From a bacterium (lineage in GTDB: Bacteria; UBA8248), in contig CBDBBI010000010.1 of the NCBI GenBank assembly GCA_965202625.1, forward strand, positions 2,432,001-2,496,000: DNA of 64,000 nt. Direction: 5' to 3'. The first letter of the stretch is position 1. The number at the start of each line of letters is the position of its first letter. The position numbers and the translations under genes are program-made. Shown piece after piece: positions 41,501 through 48,893 of the stretch. The notes under the pieces are model-generated. The model worked only from the letters and a program-made list of their open reading frames with translations, searched no databases and was not told the DNA's origin.

Positions 41501-41855
41501 GACGTCCATGATGTCGCTGCGCTTCGCCATCGTGGGCTTCATCGTTCCCTTTTTGTTCATGTTCGACCCGGCTCTGCTCACCTTCGGACATCCGGCGCGC
41601 GTCGCCCTTTCCGCGTCCATGACCCTTCTGGGCTTCGTCGCCTTCTCGGCCGGAACGCAGGGCTGGCTTCTGGACAGGCTCCATGGATACGAGCGCATTC
41701 TCTTGTTCGTCTGTTTCGTCTCGCTCATCCTGTTCGTCATCTTCTTCAGCTTCGCCATGCTGGCGACGGGCCTGGTGTGCGGAGGCATTCCGCTCGTCCG
41801 GCAAATGCGGGACAGGGGGGCAAGCGCGGGACAGGAGGGGAGGCTGAACGCCTGA
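38514..41855 (+). CDS. TRAP transporter fused 4TM/12TM permease, unusually long (1113 aa)
   Basis: GTFTIPLMKR, ASSGGQIMPPVMGA, GMGMPTTAAY, ITPPVA; two large hydrophobic inserts. Confidence 0.92.
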   Translation: MSTESDPTRSAPLVRALVFITSWLCVLSGLYHISAVYLRPLPGEMHPNMHMLLAYAILLIGGAGAMPQIYGDKIRKLQFLPVLYLFSLVPAVIFYYFVYEMGEDWSDASVWWVYALPFFIWMAMMVMEKSWLALLLWILGFAPAPILFWYWDSLPESTHEPTFWWLLVACSVIPAMWTLFAIFFRPAEGVRKAGVFLVVFFVALILGGWRIGLWAAQSDAVRSVFYLWPVAICAFPLFWAKKRAKEVFEAYPAHPFPAGFTIGLNAGMLFFVATACLYLFYYHEDMVDRPGAPTIGDARVGFVMLVVALELTRRCFGPPLPTLAVIAFAYGVWGNLFAPPFGHGGHTWLELQAKLSTDFIGGVLGFLVVISATFIIMFLILGAFLHESGAGRFFVNFALGLFGKMRAGAGLAAVGSSALMGTVSGSASGNVVTTGTFTIPLMKRIGLSPHIAGAAEAAASSGGQIMPPVMGAGAFIMSELIEVPYFQLIGYATIPAILYFTIVGINIHFAAGALNIQPLPSSEIPSWRAELRDGWFYLVPLAFLVYFLFEGRTPVFAGVMSVFIMVGVWFYRNVVEFLGTLRKGEKTIPDEIFVFVPVTFWVFAFFLFGLLTVLEWGLALPLGMYGAPTWGGAMRAALALGVAGFVLLSVFTRALSWAGEFWAETERNWLGIFPLAFLGLWGVFGLSSGVIGAAVVLALLGARAVLKGNAPQPAATIPWYFAMIWVGAYYVQTGLYALLPGLANFGEWFTPFGFIYHALIFFGLAVIVQKVILSFGSQAAEADRQTPSVRQVLAVSCNPFTYLGWANKGGETGAGVRAAQGASRWILSIRDALRVGGRQGAEFAVTLATIEVVVQVLTITGVGNKFAFMIEALSKDLCLFGAAAGGGCAYYIGLDGFFVALLLTAVCCAILGMGMPTTAAYVLLAILGGPVLIKLVGPELTHVYGAEWTQAFVAAKGDRVAAHMFIFYFAILSAITPPVAIASLVGAKLAGATYFKTSMMSLRFAIVGFIVPFLFMFDPALLTFGHPARVALSASMTLLGFVAFSAGTQGWLLDRLHGYERILLFVCFVSLILFVIFFSFAMLATGLVCGGIPLVRQMRDRGASAGQEGRLNA

Positions 41856-41902
41856 GTCAAAAGGGATTCCCCCGTCCTTTTCTCTTTTTTGAGGCACAGA
41901 CC

Positions 41903-43141
41903 ATGCTCTTTCATCGGGAACGCGCCCTTGGGTTCATGGAGAGGTTCGACCTCGACGCGCTGATAGCGACGACGCGGCACAACGTCCTCTATCTCTCCGG
42001 CTTTCAAGGGTGGGCACAGGAGACCTACGGAGACGCTGTGACGGAGACCTTCGCCCTGTTCTTTCGGAATCCGTCCTCTCCGCCCGCCCTCATACTCTCC
42101 CGGCAGGACGAGACCTACTACGCGGCCATGGGTTCATGGATAGAGGACGTGCGGGGGTATGGCCCCCGCTCGGCACTCGACGTGCCGCCCGGCGAGAGAG
42201 GCACCAACGAGGAGGAGAGGAATTACGTATCCCTCATCGCCGAGGACGCCCCGCGCGAGGGGAGTGCGACGGACGCCCTTCTCAGAGTTTTGCGGGAGCG
42301 GGGCCTATCGAGCGGCAGGGTGGCACTCGACGGCGAGGGGGTGCGCCCCAGCACGCGCGCGCGCGCCGAGGCGGCTGTGCCGGGCGCGTCTTTTCTGGAC
42401 GCCTCTCAGTTGTTTCGGCTCATTCGCCTGCAAAAGACGCCGGAGGAGGTCGAGCGGATGCGGGCCGCCGCGCTTTTGAACGAGCGGGCGGTCGCCGCCT
42501 TCCATGCGGAGATGGCCCCGGGGCGCACCGAGCGCGAGGCGGCGCGCCGTTATTATCGGACCGTCGCCGAGGGCGGCGGGAAGTGGAGCTGGTTTCACCT
42601 GGGCGGCGGCAGGCGCTCGGCCTCCATTTTTCCGCCCTCTGACAGGAGGTTCGCAGCAGGCGACGGCTTTTTCTTTGACGCCGGAATGCGGCTGAACCAC
42701 TACTGCGCGGACGTGGGCTGCTGCGGTTCGTTCGGCGAGCCGGACGCGGAGCGCAAGGCGCAGTGGCGCGCGATTCAGGCGGGGCTCGAGGCCGCCCTGG
42801 GCGCGATCAGGGCGGGAGTGCGGCCCTCCGCTATTTTTCGCGCGGCGGTCACAGCGGCGAGAAAATCCGGGCTGCCCCGCTACAACGGCTCCTTCTGCGG
42901 ACACACCATCGGAATCGAGGCGCGCGAGCTGCCCTGGACGCTGAGCGAGCCTGTCAAGCTCGACGACCCGTTTCTGCCTCCCGATTCGGACATTCCGCTG
43001 CCCGCCGGCGCCGTGCTCTCGGTGGAGTTGCCTTCCGGCAGGTTCGGCGAGGGCGGCGTCCACGCGGAATACACCGTCCTCGTCACCGAGACGGGCATGA
43101 CGCACCTGGGCGAACCCGCGCGCGAACACGTCGTGGTGTAG
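41903..43141 (+). CDS. Xaa-Pro peptidase (M24) family protein
   Basis: Creatinase-N domain; metal ligands DAG...ADV, GHTIG, VELP, HAE. Confidence 0.88.
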   Translation: MLFHRERALGFMERFDLDALIATTRHNVLYLSGFQGWAQETYGDAVTETFALFFRNPSSPPALILSRQDETYYAAMGSWIEDVRGYGPRSALDVPPGERGTNEEERNYVSLIAEDAPREGSATDALLRVLRERGLSSGRVALDGEGVRPSTRARAEAAVPGASFLDASQLFRLIRLQKTPEEVERMRAAALLNERAVAAFHAEMAPGRTEREAARRYYRTVAEGGGKWSWFHLGGGRRSASIFPPSDRRFAAGDGFFFDAGMRLNHYCADVGCCGSFGEPDAERKAQWRAIQAGLEAALGAIRAGVRPSAIFRAAVTAARKSGLPRYNGSFCGHTIGIEARELPWTLSEPVKLDDPFLPPDSDIPLPAGAVLSVELPSGRFGEGGVHAEYTVLVTETGMTHLGEPAREHVVV

Positions 43142-43158
43142 AGGTGCACAGGACGCCC

Positions 43159-43293
43159 GACGCCCTGCCTTGAACGGGTTTTGCAACGCCCTTTCACGGC
43201 CGTTTCACAAGCCGTTCACGCCCCGAAAAACGGCTTTTCCAGGCCATGCAATGTTTTTGTCCGGCTACGCTGCGCCCTTTATCTGAACCGCGC
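43159..43293. repeat. ~135-bp direct repeat, copy 1 (downstream of ankyrin gene 1)
   Basis: Near-identical to 45592..45726. Confidence 0.9.
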
Positions 43294-43992
43294 GTTCACG
43301 TCCATTCCGGCCTTGATGAGCACGTCCGCGACACCGGGCGTATTGAACACCGCCGCGTCCAGCAGGGGCGTCATTCCGCCCTTGTCCCGCGCGTTCACGT
43401 CCGCTCCGGCCTTGATGAGCGCGGCCGCGAATTCGGGCGTATTGAACACCGCCGCCAGGTGCAGGGGCGTCATTCCGCCCTCGTCCTCCCGCGCGTTCAC
43501 GTCCGCTCCGGCCTTGATGAGCACCGCTACGACTTCGGGCGTCTTGCTGTATTTTGCCGCCTGGTGCAGGGGCGTCCATCCGGCTTGCCATCCTGTCTTG
43601 ATCCGCGCGTTCACGTCCGCTTCGGCCTTGATGAGGGCGGCCACGACTTCGGGCGTATTGAACCCCGCCGCCCGGTGCAGGGGCGTCCCTCCGAACTTGT
43701 CCCGCGCGTTCAGGTCCGCTCCGCGCTTCAGCAAAGCCTTCACGACACCGGGCGTCTCGCTGTATCTTGCCGCCCGGTGCAGGGGCGTCGCTCCGATCTT
43801 GTCCCGCGCGTTCACGTCCTTGCCGTACGCAATACAACGAGAAACGTCCGCCGCCGAAGCGCGCTTGAAGAACGCCTTGGTGGGCCATCCTTCAGTGTAC
43901 AATCCTTCGCACGAGACCTGCGCCGCCAGAGCGGGCGCACCGGGCGTCAGGGCCAACAAAAGAAAAAACGTCGCTGGAAAAAACCTCCTTAT
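43279..43992 (-). CDS. Ankyrin repeat protein 1 (5 repeats; start codon mutated to ATA, C-cap lost)
   Basis: Signal peptide, CEGLYTEGWPTKAFFKRAS N-cap, TPLH repeats; ends VNARFR*. Confidence 0.75.
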   Translation of the reverse strand: MRRFFPATFFLLLALTPGAPALAAQVSCEGLYTEGWPTKAFFKRASAADVSRCIAYGKDVNARDKIGATPLHRAARYSETPGVVKALLKRGADLNARDKFGGTPLHRAAGFNTPEVVAALIKAEADVNARIKTGWQAGWTPLHQAAKYSKTPEVVAVLIKAGADVNAREDEGGMTPLHLAAVFNTPEFAAALIKAGADVNARDKGGMTPLLDAAVFNTPGVADVLIKAGMDVNARFR

Positions 43993-44075
43993 CTTTTTGC
44001 TCCTTTTTCCTGCTCGCAACCGCAAAACGCCGCTCTCCGACCGGAGAGGCGCACCTTATCTGAACCGCACCTCGT

Positions 44076-45443
44076 TCACGGTATCACGCATCCTTCTCGT
44101 TTGAAGACGCATTCGTTGATCCGCTCTCTCCCATACCTGTATTCGTTGAGCCACTCTCTCCCATACCTGTATTTTTTCTTTCTCTCTGCGATTGATAATT
44201 CCTTCATTCTTTCTCTCATTCTTTCTCTCTCTCCTTTTGCGATTTTTATTTGCCACGGCGTTTTGCCGTCTTTGTTTTTTGCCGCCCGGTCTGCTCCGGC
44301 CTTGATGAGCGCGGCCACGACTTCGGGTGGATGGGTCCTTCTGCTCCACGACCGCCAATTCGCCTGCGCAGCCGCGTGCAGGGGCGTCCATCCGTCCTTG
44401 TCTCGCGCGTTCACGTCCGCTCCGGCCTTTACGAGCGCTGCCACGATTTCGAGCGTCTCGCTGTCTCTCGCCGCCCAGTACAGGGGCGTCTCTCCGTCCT
44501 CGGTCCGCGCGTTCACGTCCGCTCCGGCCTTGATGAGCGCGGCCGCGACTTCGAGCGTCCCTCTCTTCGCTGCCCAGTACAGGGGCGTCTCTCCGTCCTC
44601 GGTCCGCGCGTTCACGTCCGCTCCGGCCTTGATGAGCGCGGCCGCGACTTCGAGCGTCCCTCTCTTCGCTGCCCAGTGCAGGGGCGTCTCTCCGTCCTCG
44701 GTCCGCGCGTTCACGTCCGCTCCGGCCTTGATGAGCGCGGCCGCGACACCGGGCTTCTTGCTGTATCTTGCCGCCAGGTGCAGGGGCGTCCTTCCGAACT
44801 TGTCCCGCGCGTTCACGTTCGCTTCGGCCTTCAGGGGCGTCTCCACGACACCGAGCATCTTGCTGTCTATCGCCGGCATCGGTATGCCCAGGGGCGTCCA
44901 TCTGCGCTTGTCCCGCGCGTTCACGTCCGCTCCGCGCTTCAGCAAGGCCTCCACGACACCGGGCGTTTGGCTGAACTCCGCCGCCCAGAGCAGAGGCGTC
45001 TCTCCGTGCTTTTCCCGCGCGTTTGGGTCCGCTCCGGCTTTCAGGAGCGCTGCCACGACACCGGGCGTCTCGCTGAGTGCCGCCGTGTGCAGGGGCGTCT
45101 CTCCGTATTTAGTATCCCGCGCGTTCAGGTCCGCTCCGGCCTTTACAAGTGCCGCTACGACACCGGGCGTCTGGTTGAACCTCGCCGCCCGGTGCAGGGG
45201 TGTCCATCCATTCTTGTCCCGTGCGTTCACGTTCGCTCCGGCTTTCAGGAGCGCGGCTACGACCTCGGGCGTCTCGCTTTGCTCCGCCGCCCAGTGCAGA
45301 GGCGTCCATCCGGCCTTGCCCCGTGCGTTCACGTCCGCTCCGGCAGCAAGGCAGCGGGCAACGTCGGCCGCCGAAGCGTGCTTGAAGAATGCTTCTGTGT
45401 TCCATTCTTCGCATGAGACCTGCTCCCCCATGCGTTTCTTCAT
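44076..45443 (-). CDS. Ankyrin repeat protein 2 (~10 repeats; signal peptide deleted, scrambled tail)
   Basis: MKKRMG joined directly to EQVSCEEW; three 99-bp tandem copies; 30-bp tandem duplication 44111-44170. Confidence 0.85.
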   Translation of the reverse strand: MKKRMGEQVSCEEWNTEAFFKHASAADVARCLAAGADVNARGKAGWTPLHWAAEQSETPEVVAALLKAGANVNARDKNGWTPLHRAARFNQTPGVVAALVKAGADLNARDTKYGETPLHTAALSETPGVVAALLKAGADPNAREKHGETPLLWAAEFSQTPGVVEALLKRGADVNARDKRRWTPLGIPMPAIDSKMLGVVETPLKAEANVNARDKFGRTPLHLAARYSKKPGVAAALIKAGADVNARTEDGETPLHWAAKRGTLEVAAALIKAGADVNARTEDGETPLYWAAKRGTLEVAAALIKAGADVNARTEDGETPLYWAARDSETLEIVAALVKAGADVNARDKDGWTPLHAAAQANWRSWSRRTHPPEVVAALIKAGADRAAKNKDGKTPWQIKIAKGERERMRERMKELSIAERKKKYRYGREWLNEYRYGRERINECVFKREGCVIP

Positions 45444-45591
45444 CTTTTTGCTCCTCTTTTGTTGCTTGCTCTTCACGTCATCGCCTCGCCTCCGGCGGGC
45501 GATGCGCCGGCGCTATCCAAACACCCCGCCGAACGGGAGAGAGGATGCGAAATATCGCATTCGCAAAGGCGTCTGCGGTTCCATCACGCGT

Positions 45592-45726
45592 GACGCCCTG
45601 CTTTGAACGGCTTTTGCAACGCCCTTTCAAGGCCGTTTCACAAGCCGTTCACGCCCCGAAAAACGGCTTTTCCAGGCCATGCAATGTTTTTGTCCGGCTA
45701 CACTGCGCCCTTTATTTGAACCGCGC
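45592..45726. repeat. ~135-bp direct repeat, copy 2 (downstream of ankyrin gene 3)
   Basis: Near-identical to 43159..43293. Confidence 0.9.
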
Positions 45727-46839
45727 ATCATTCAGCCGCCGATAGACTTTCGTTTCCTTGAGCGCGGCGTTTTCTTTCGCGTAATCCCACGGCGTTTTGC
45801 CTGCTTGGGTTTTTGCCGTCGGGTTCGCTCCGGCATCCAGCAAAGCCGCTATGATTTCGGGCGTCTTGCTGTTCGCCGCCGCCAGGTGCAGGGGCGTCAT
45901 TCCGTATTTAGTTCCCCGCGCGTTCACGTCTGCTCCAGCCTTCACGAGTGCTGCCACGACACCGGGCGTCTTGCTGTTCGCCGCCGCCGCCGCGTGCAGG
46001 GGCGTGAATCCATTCTCGTTTCGCGCGTTCACGTCCGCTCCGGCTCTCGCGAGAACCGCTACGACACCCGGCGTCTTGCTTTTCAACGCCGCCGCATGCA
46101 AGGGCGTCCATCCATCCTCGTTTCGCGCGTTCACGTTTGCTCCGGCGTTCACGAGCATTGCCACGACTTCAGGCGTCTTGCTGAACCCCGCCGCCAGGTG
46201 CAGGGGCGTCATTCTGCCCTTGGCCCGCGCGTTCACGTCCACTCCGGCGTCCAGCAAAGCCTCCACGACTTCGGGCGTCTGGCTGACTATCACCGCCGTG
46301 TACAGGGGCGTCATTCCCTTCTCGTCCCGCGCGTTCGTGTCCGCTCCGGCCTTCACGAGTGCTGCCACGACACCGGGCGTCTTGCTTTTCGCCGCTGCCG
46401 CGTGCAGGGGCGTCCATCCATCCTCGCTGCGCGCGTTCACGTCCGCTCCGGCGTTCACGAGCACTGCCACGACTTCGGGCGTCCTGCTGAACACCGCTGC
46501 CGCGTGCAGGGGTGTCAATCCCCTCTTGGCCCGCGCGTTCACATCGGCTCCGGCGTTCACGAGCGCGGCTACGACTTCGGGCGTCCTGCTGAACACCGCT
46601 GCCGTGTGCAGGGGCGTCAATTCGTTCTCGTCCCGCGCGTTCACGTTCGCTCCGGTCTCCAGGCAGCGGGAAACGTCCGCCGCCGAAGCGCGCTCGAAGA
46701 ACGCCTTGGTGTTCCATCCTTCGCACCAGACCTGTGCCGCCAGAGGGAGCTGCGTCGCCCGAGGGGGTGCAGCACAGCCGACCATTAGGGCGAGCAAAAG
46801 AAAAAGCACTGCTGAAAACGTCCCCGTGCGTTTCTTCAT
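45712..46839 (-). CDS. Ankyrin repeat lipoprotein 3 (8 repeats)
   Basis: Lipobox-like LMVGC, N-cap CEGWNTKAFF, C-cap GKTPWDYAKENAALK...LNDARFK. Confidence 0.9.
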   Translation of the reverse strand: MKKRTGTFSAVLFLLLALMVGCAAPPRATQLPLAAQVWCEGWNTKAFFERASAADVSRCLETGANVNARDENELTPLHTAAVFSRTPEVVAALVNAGADVNARAKRGLTPLHAAAVFSRTPEVVAVLVNAGADVNARSEDGWTPLHAAAAKSKTPGVVAALVKAGADTNARDEKGMTPLYTAVIVSQTPEVVEALLDAGVDVNARAKGRMTPLHLAAGFSKTPEVVAMLVNAGANVNARNEDGWTPLHAAALKSKTPGVVAVLARAGADVNARNENGFTPLHAAAAANSKTPGVVAALVKAGADVNARGTKYGMTPLHLAAANSKTPEIIAALLDAGANPTAKTQAGKTPWDYAKENAALKETKVYRRLNDARFK

Positions 46840-46898
46840 TTTTTTGCTCCTCCTTGGTTGTTTGTTCTTAACGTCATCGCATCGCCTCAAGGAGCGCT

Positions 46899-47792
46899 TT
46901 ATTTGAACCGCGCATCGTTCAGCCGCCAATAGGCGTCCCCTCCCTTGAGGGCGGCGTTTTCTTTCGCGTAATTCCACGGCGTTTTGCCTGTTTTGTCTTT
47001 TGCCGCCGGGTCCCCTCCGGCGTCCAGCAAAGCCGCTACGACACCGGGTGTTTGGCTGAACTCCGCCGCCGTGTGCAGGGGCGTCCATCCCTTCTCGTTC
47101 CGCGCGTTCACGTCTGCTCCGGCTTTCAGGAGAGCCGCTATAACTCCGTGCGTCTTGCTGTGCGCCGCCGCGTAGTGCAGGGGCGTCTCTCCCCATTCGT
47201 CCCGCGCGTTCAGGTCCGCTCCGGCGTTGACGAGCACTGCCGCGACACCGGGCGTCTCGCTGAACCCTGCCGCCGCGTGCAGGGGCGTCCATCCGATCTC
47301 GTTCCGCGCGTTCACGTTCGCCCCGCCCTTCACGAGCACCGCCACGACTTCGGGGGTCTTGCTCCACTGTGCCGCCGCGTGCAAGGGTGTCCATCTGAAC
47401 TCGTTCCGCGCGTTCACGTCCGCTCCGTCTTTTACGAGCGTCGTCACGACTTCGGGGGTCTTGCTCCACTTTGCCGCCGTGTGCAGGGGTGTCCATCCGA
47501 ACTCGTTCCGCGCGTTCACGTTCGCGCCGGCCTTCAGGAGCGTCGTCACGACTTCGGGCGTTTTGCTTTTCGCCGCCGCCAGGTGCAGGGGCGTCTCTCT
47601 AATCTGGCCCCGCGCGTTCACGTTCGCTCCGGCCGCAAGACAGCGGGAAACGTCCGCCGCGCCGGCGCGCTCGAAGAACGCCTCAGTGTTCCATACTCCG
47701 CACGAGATCTGCGCTGCCAGAGCGGGCGCGGATGGCCCAAGGGCGAGCAACAGAAAAAGCGCCGCCGAAAACGTCCCCATGCGTTTCCTCAT
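46899..47792 (-). CDS. Secreted ankyrin repeat protein 4 (6 repeats)
   Basis: Sec signal ending APALAA, N-cap, TPLH repeats, C-cap. Confidence 0.9.
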   Translation of the reverse strand: MRKRMGTFSAALFLLLALGPSAPALAAQISCGVWNTEAFFERAGAADVSRCLAAGANVNARGQIRETPLHLAAAKSKTPEVVTTLLKAGANVNARNEFGWTPLHTAAKWSKTPEVVTTLVKDGADVNARNEFRWTPLHAAAQWSKTPEVVAVLVKGGANVNARNEIGWTPLHAAAGFSETPGVAAVLVNAGADLNARDEWGETPLHYAAAHSKTHGVIAALLKAGADVNARNEKGWTPLHTAAEFSQTPGVVAALLDAGGDPAAKDKTGKTPWNYAKENAALKGGDAYWRLNDARFK

Positions 47793-47943
47793 CTTTTTGC
47801 TCCTTTTTGTTTGTTTGCTTCTCAAGGTCATCGCCTCATTCCCGGCGATGCGCCGGCCCCTTCAAAACCCCCGACGAATGGGAGAGAATGCGAAATATCG
47901 GATTTGCAAAGACGTCTGCGGTGCCCTCCTTGCGAGGCGTGCT
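47793..47943. repeat. Conserved ankyrin-array intergenic spacer
   Basis: Homologous to 48745..48893 and 45444..45590; contains CCGGCG-ATG-CGCCGG hairpin and RBS. Confidence 0.88.
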
Positions 47944-48744
47944 TTATTTGAACCTCCCCTCGTTCAGCCGCCAATAGACTTTCGTTCCCTTGAGTGCGGC
48001 GTTTCCTTTCGCGTAATCCCATGGCGTGTTGCCTGCATTGTCTTCTGCCGCCGGGTTCGCTCCGGCGTCCAGCAAAGCCGCCACGACACCGGGCGTCTTG
48101 CTTTGCGCCGCCGAGTGCAGGGGCGTCCATCCGTATTTAGTATCCCCCGCGTTCACGTCCGCTCCGGCCTTTACGAGCGCGGCCACGACACCGGGCGTCT
48201 TGCTGGACCCCACCGCCGCGTACAGGGGCGTCAATCCCTTCGCGTTCCGCGCGTTCACGTCCGCTCCGGCCTTCAGAAGTGCCTCCACGACACCGAGCGT
48301 CTCGCTGAACTCCGCCGCCAGGTGCAGGGGCGTCTCTCCGTATAGACTATTACTCCGCGCGTTCAGGTCCGCTCCGGCCTTTACGAGCGTGGTCACGACA
48401 ACGGGCGTCTTGCTGAACCGCGCCGCGTAGTGCAGGGGCGTCATTTCGTCAAAGTCCCGCGCGTTCACGTCCGCTCCGGCCTTTACGAGCGCGGTCACGA
48501 CAACGGGCGTCTTGCTGTGCATCGCCGCCAGGTGCAGGGGCGTCCATCCGTACATAGTATCCCGCGCGTTCAGGTCCGCTCCGGCCTTCAGACAGCGGGA
48601 AACGTCCTCCTCCGAGGCGCGCTTGAAGAACGCCTCCGTGTTCCATTCTTCGCACGAGACCTGTGCCGCCAGAGCGGGCGCGGATGGTGCAAGGGCGAGC
48701 AACAGAAAAAGCGCCGCTGAAAATGTCCCCATACGTTTCTTCAT
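47944..48744 (-). CDS. Secreted ankyrin repeat protein 5 (5 repeats)
   Basis: Sec signal ending APALAA, N-cap CEEWNTEAFF, C-cap. Confidence 0.9.
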   Translation of the reverse strand: MKKRMGTFSAALFLLLALAPSAPALAAQVSCEEWNTEAFFKRASEEDVSRCLKAGADLNARDTMYGWTPLHLAAMHSKTPVVVTALVKAGADVNARDFDEMTPLHYAARFSKTPVVVTTLVKAGADLNARSNSLYGETPLHLAAEFSETLGVVEALLKAGADVNARNAKGLTPLYAAVGSSKTPGVVAALVKAGADVNAGDTKYGWTPLHSAAQSKTPGVVAALLDAGANPAAEDNAGNTPWDYAKGNAALKGTKVYWRLNEGRFK

Positions 48745-48893
48745 CTTTTTCGTTCCTCCTTGGTTGTTTGCTCTTAACGTCATCGTCTCATTCCCGGCGA
48801 TGCGCCGGCCCAGCCAAACCCCGACGAATGGGAGAGAATGCGAAATATCGCATTCGCAAAGGCGTCTGCGGCGTCCTCTTTGCGAGGCGCGCT
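48745..48893. repeat. Conserved ankyrin-array intergenic spacer
   Basis: Perfect palindrome GAATGCGA-AATA-TCGCATTC at 48836-48855 and CCGGCG-ATG-CGCCGG. Confidence 0.88.

Noticed and set aside
41231-41902. Extended N-termini of the M24 peptidase and of the sugar-binding protein (32287..32685)
   Set aside because: Overlap upstream permeases out of frame; downstream ATGs with RBS fit the families
46840-47496. N-terminal extensions of ORFs 45712..47496, 47944..49185 and 48894..51584
   Set aside because: They run out of frame through the upstream gene; the conserved RBS and MKKR start define the true starts
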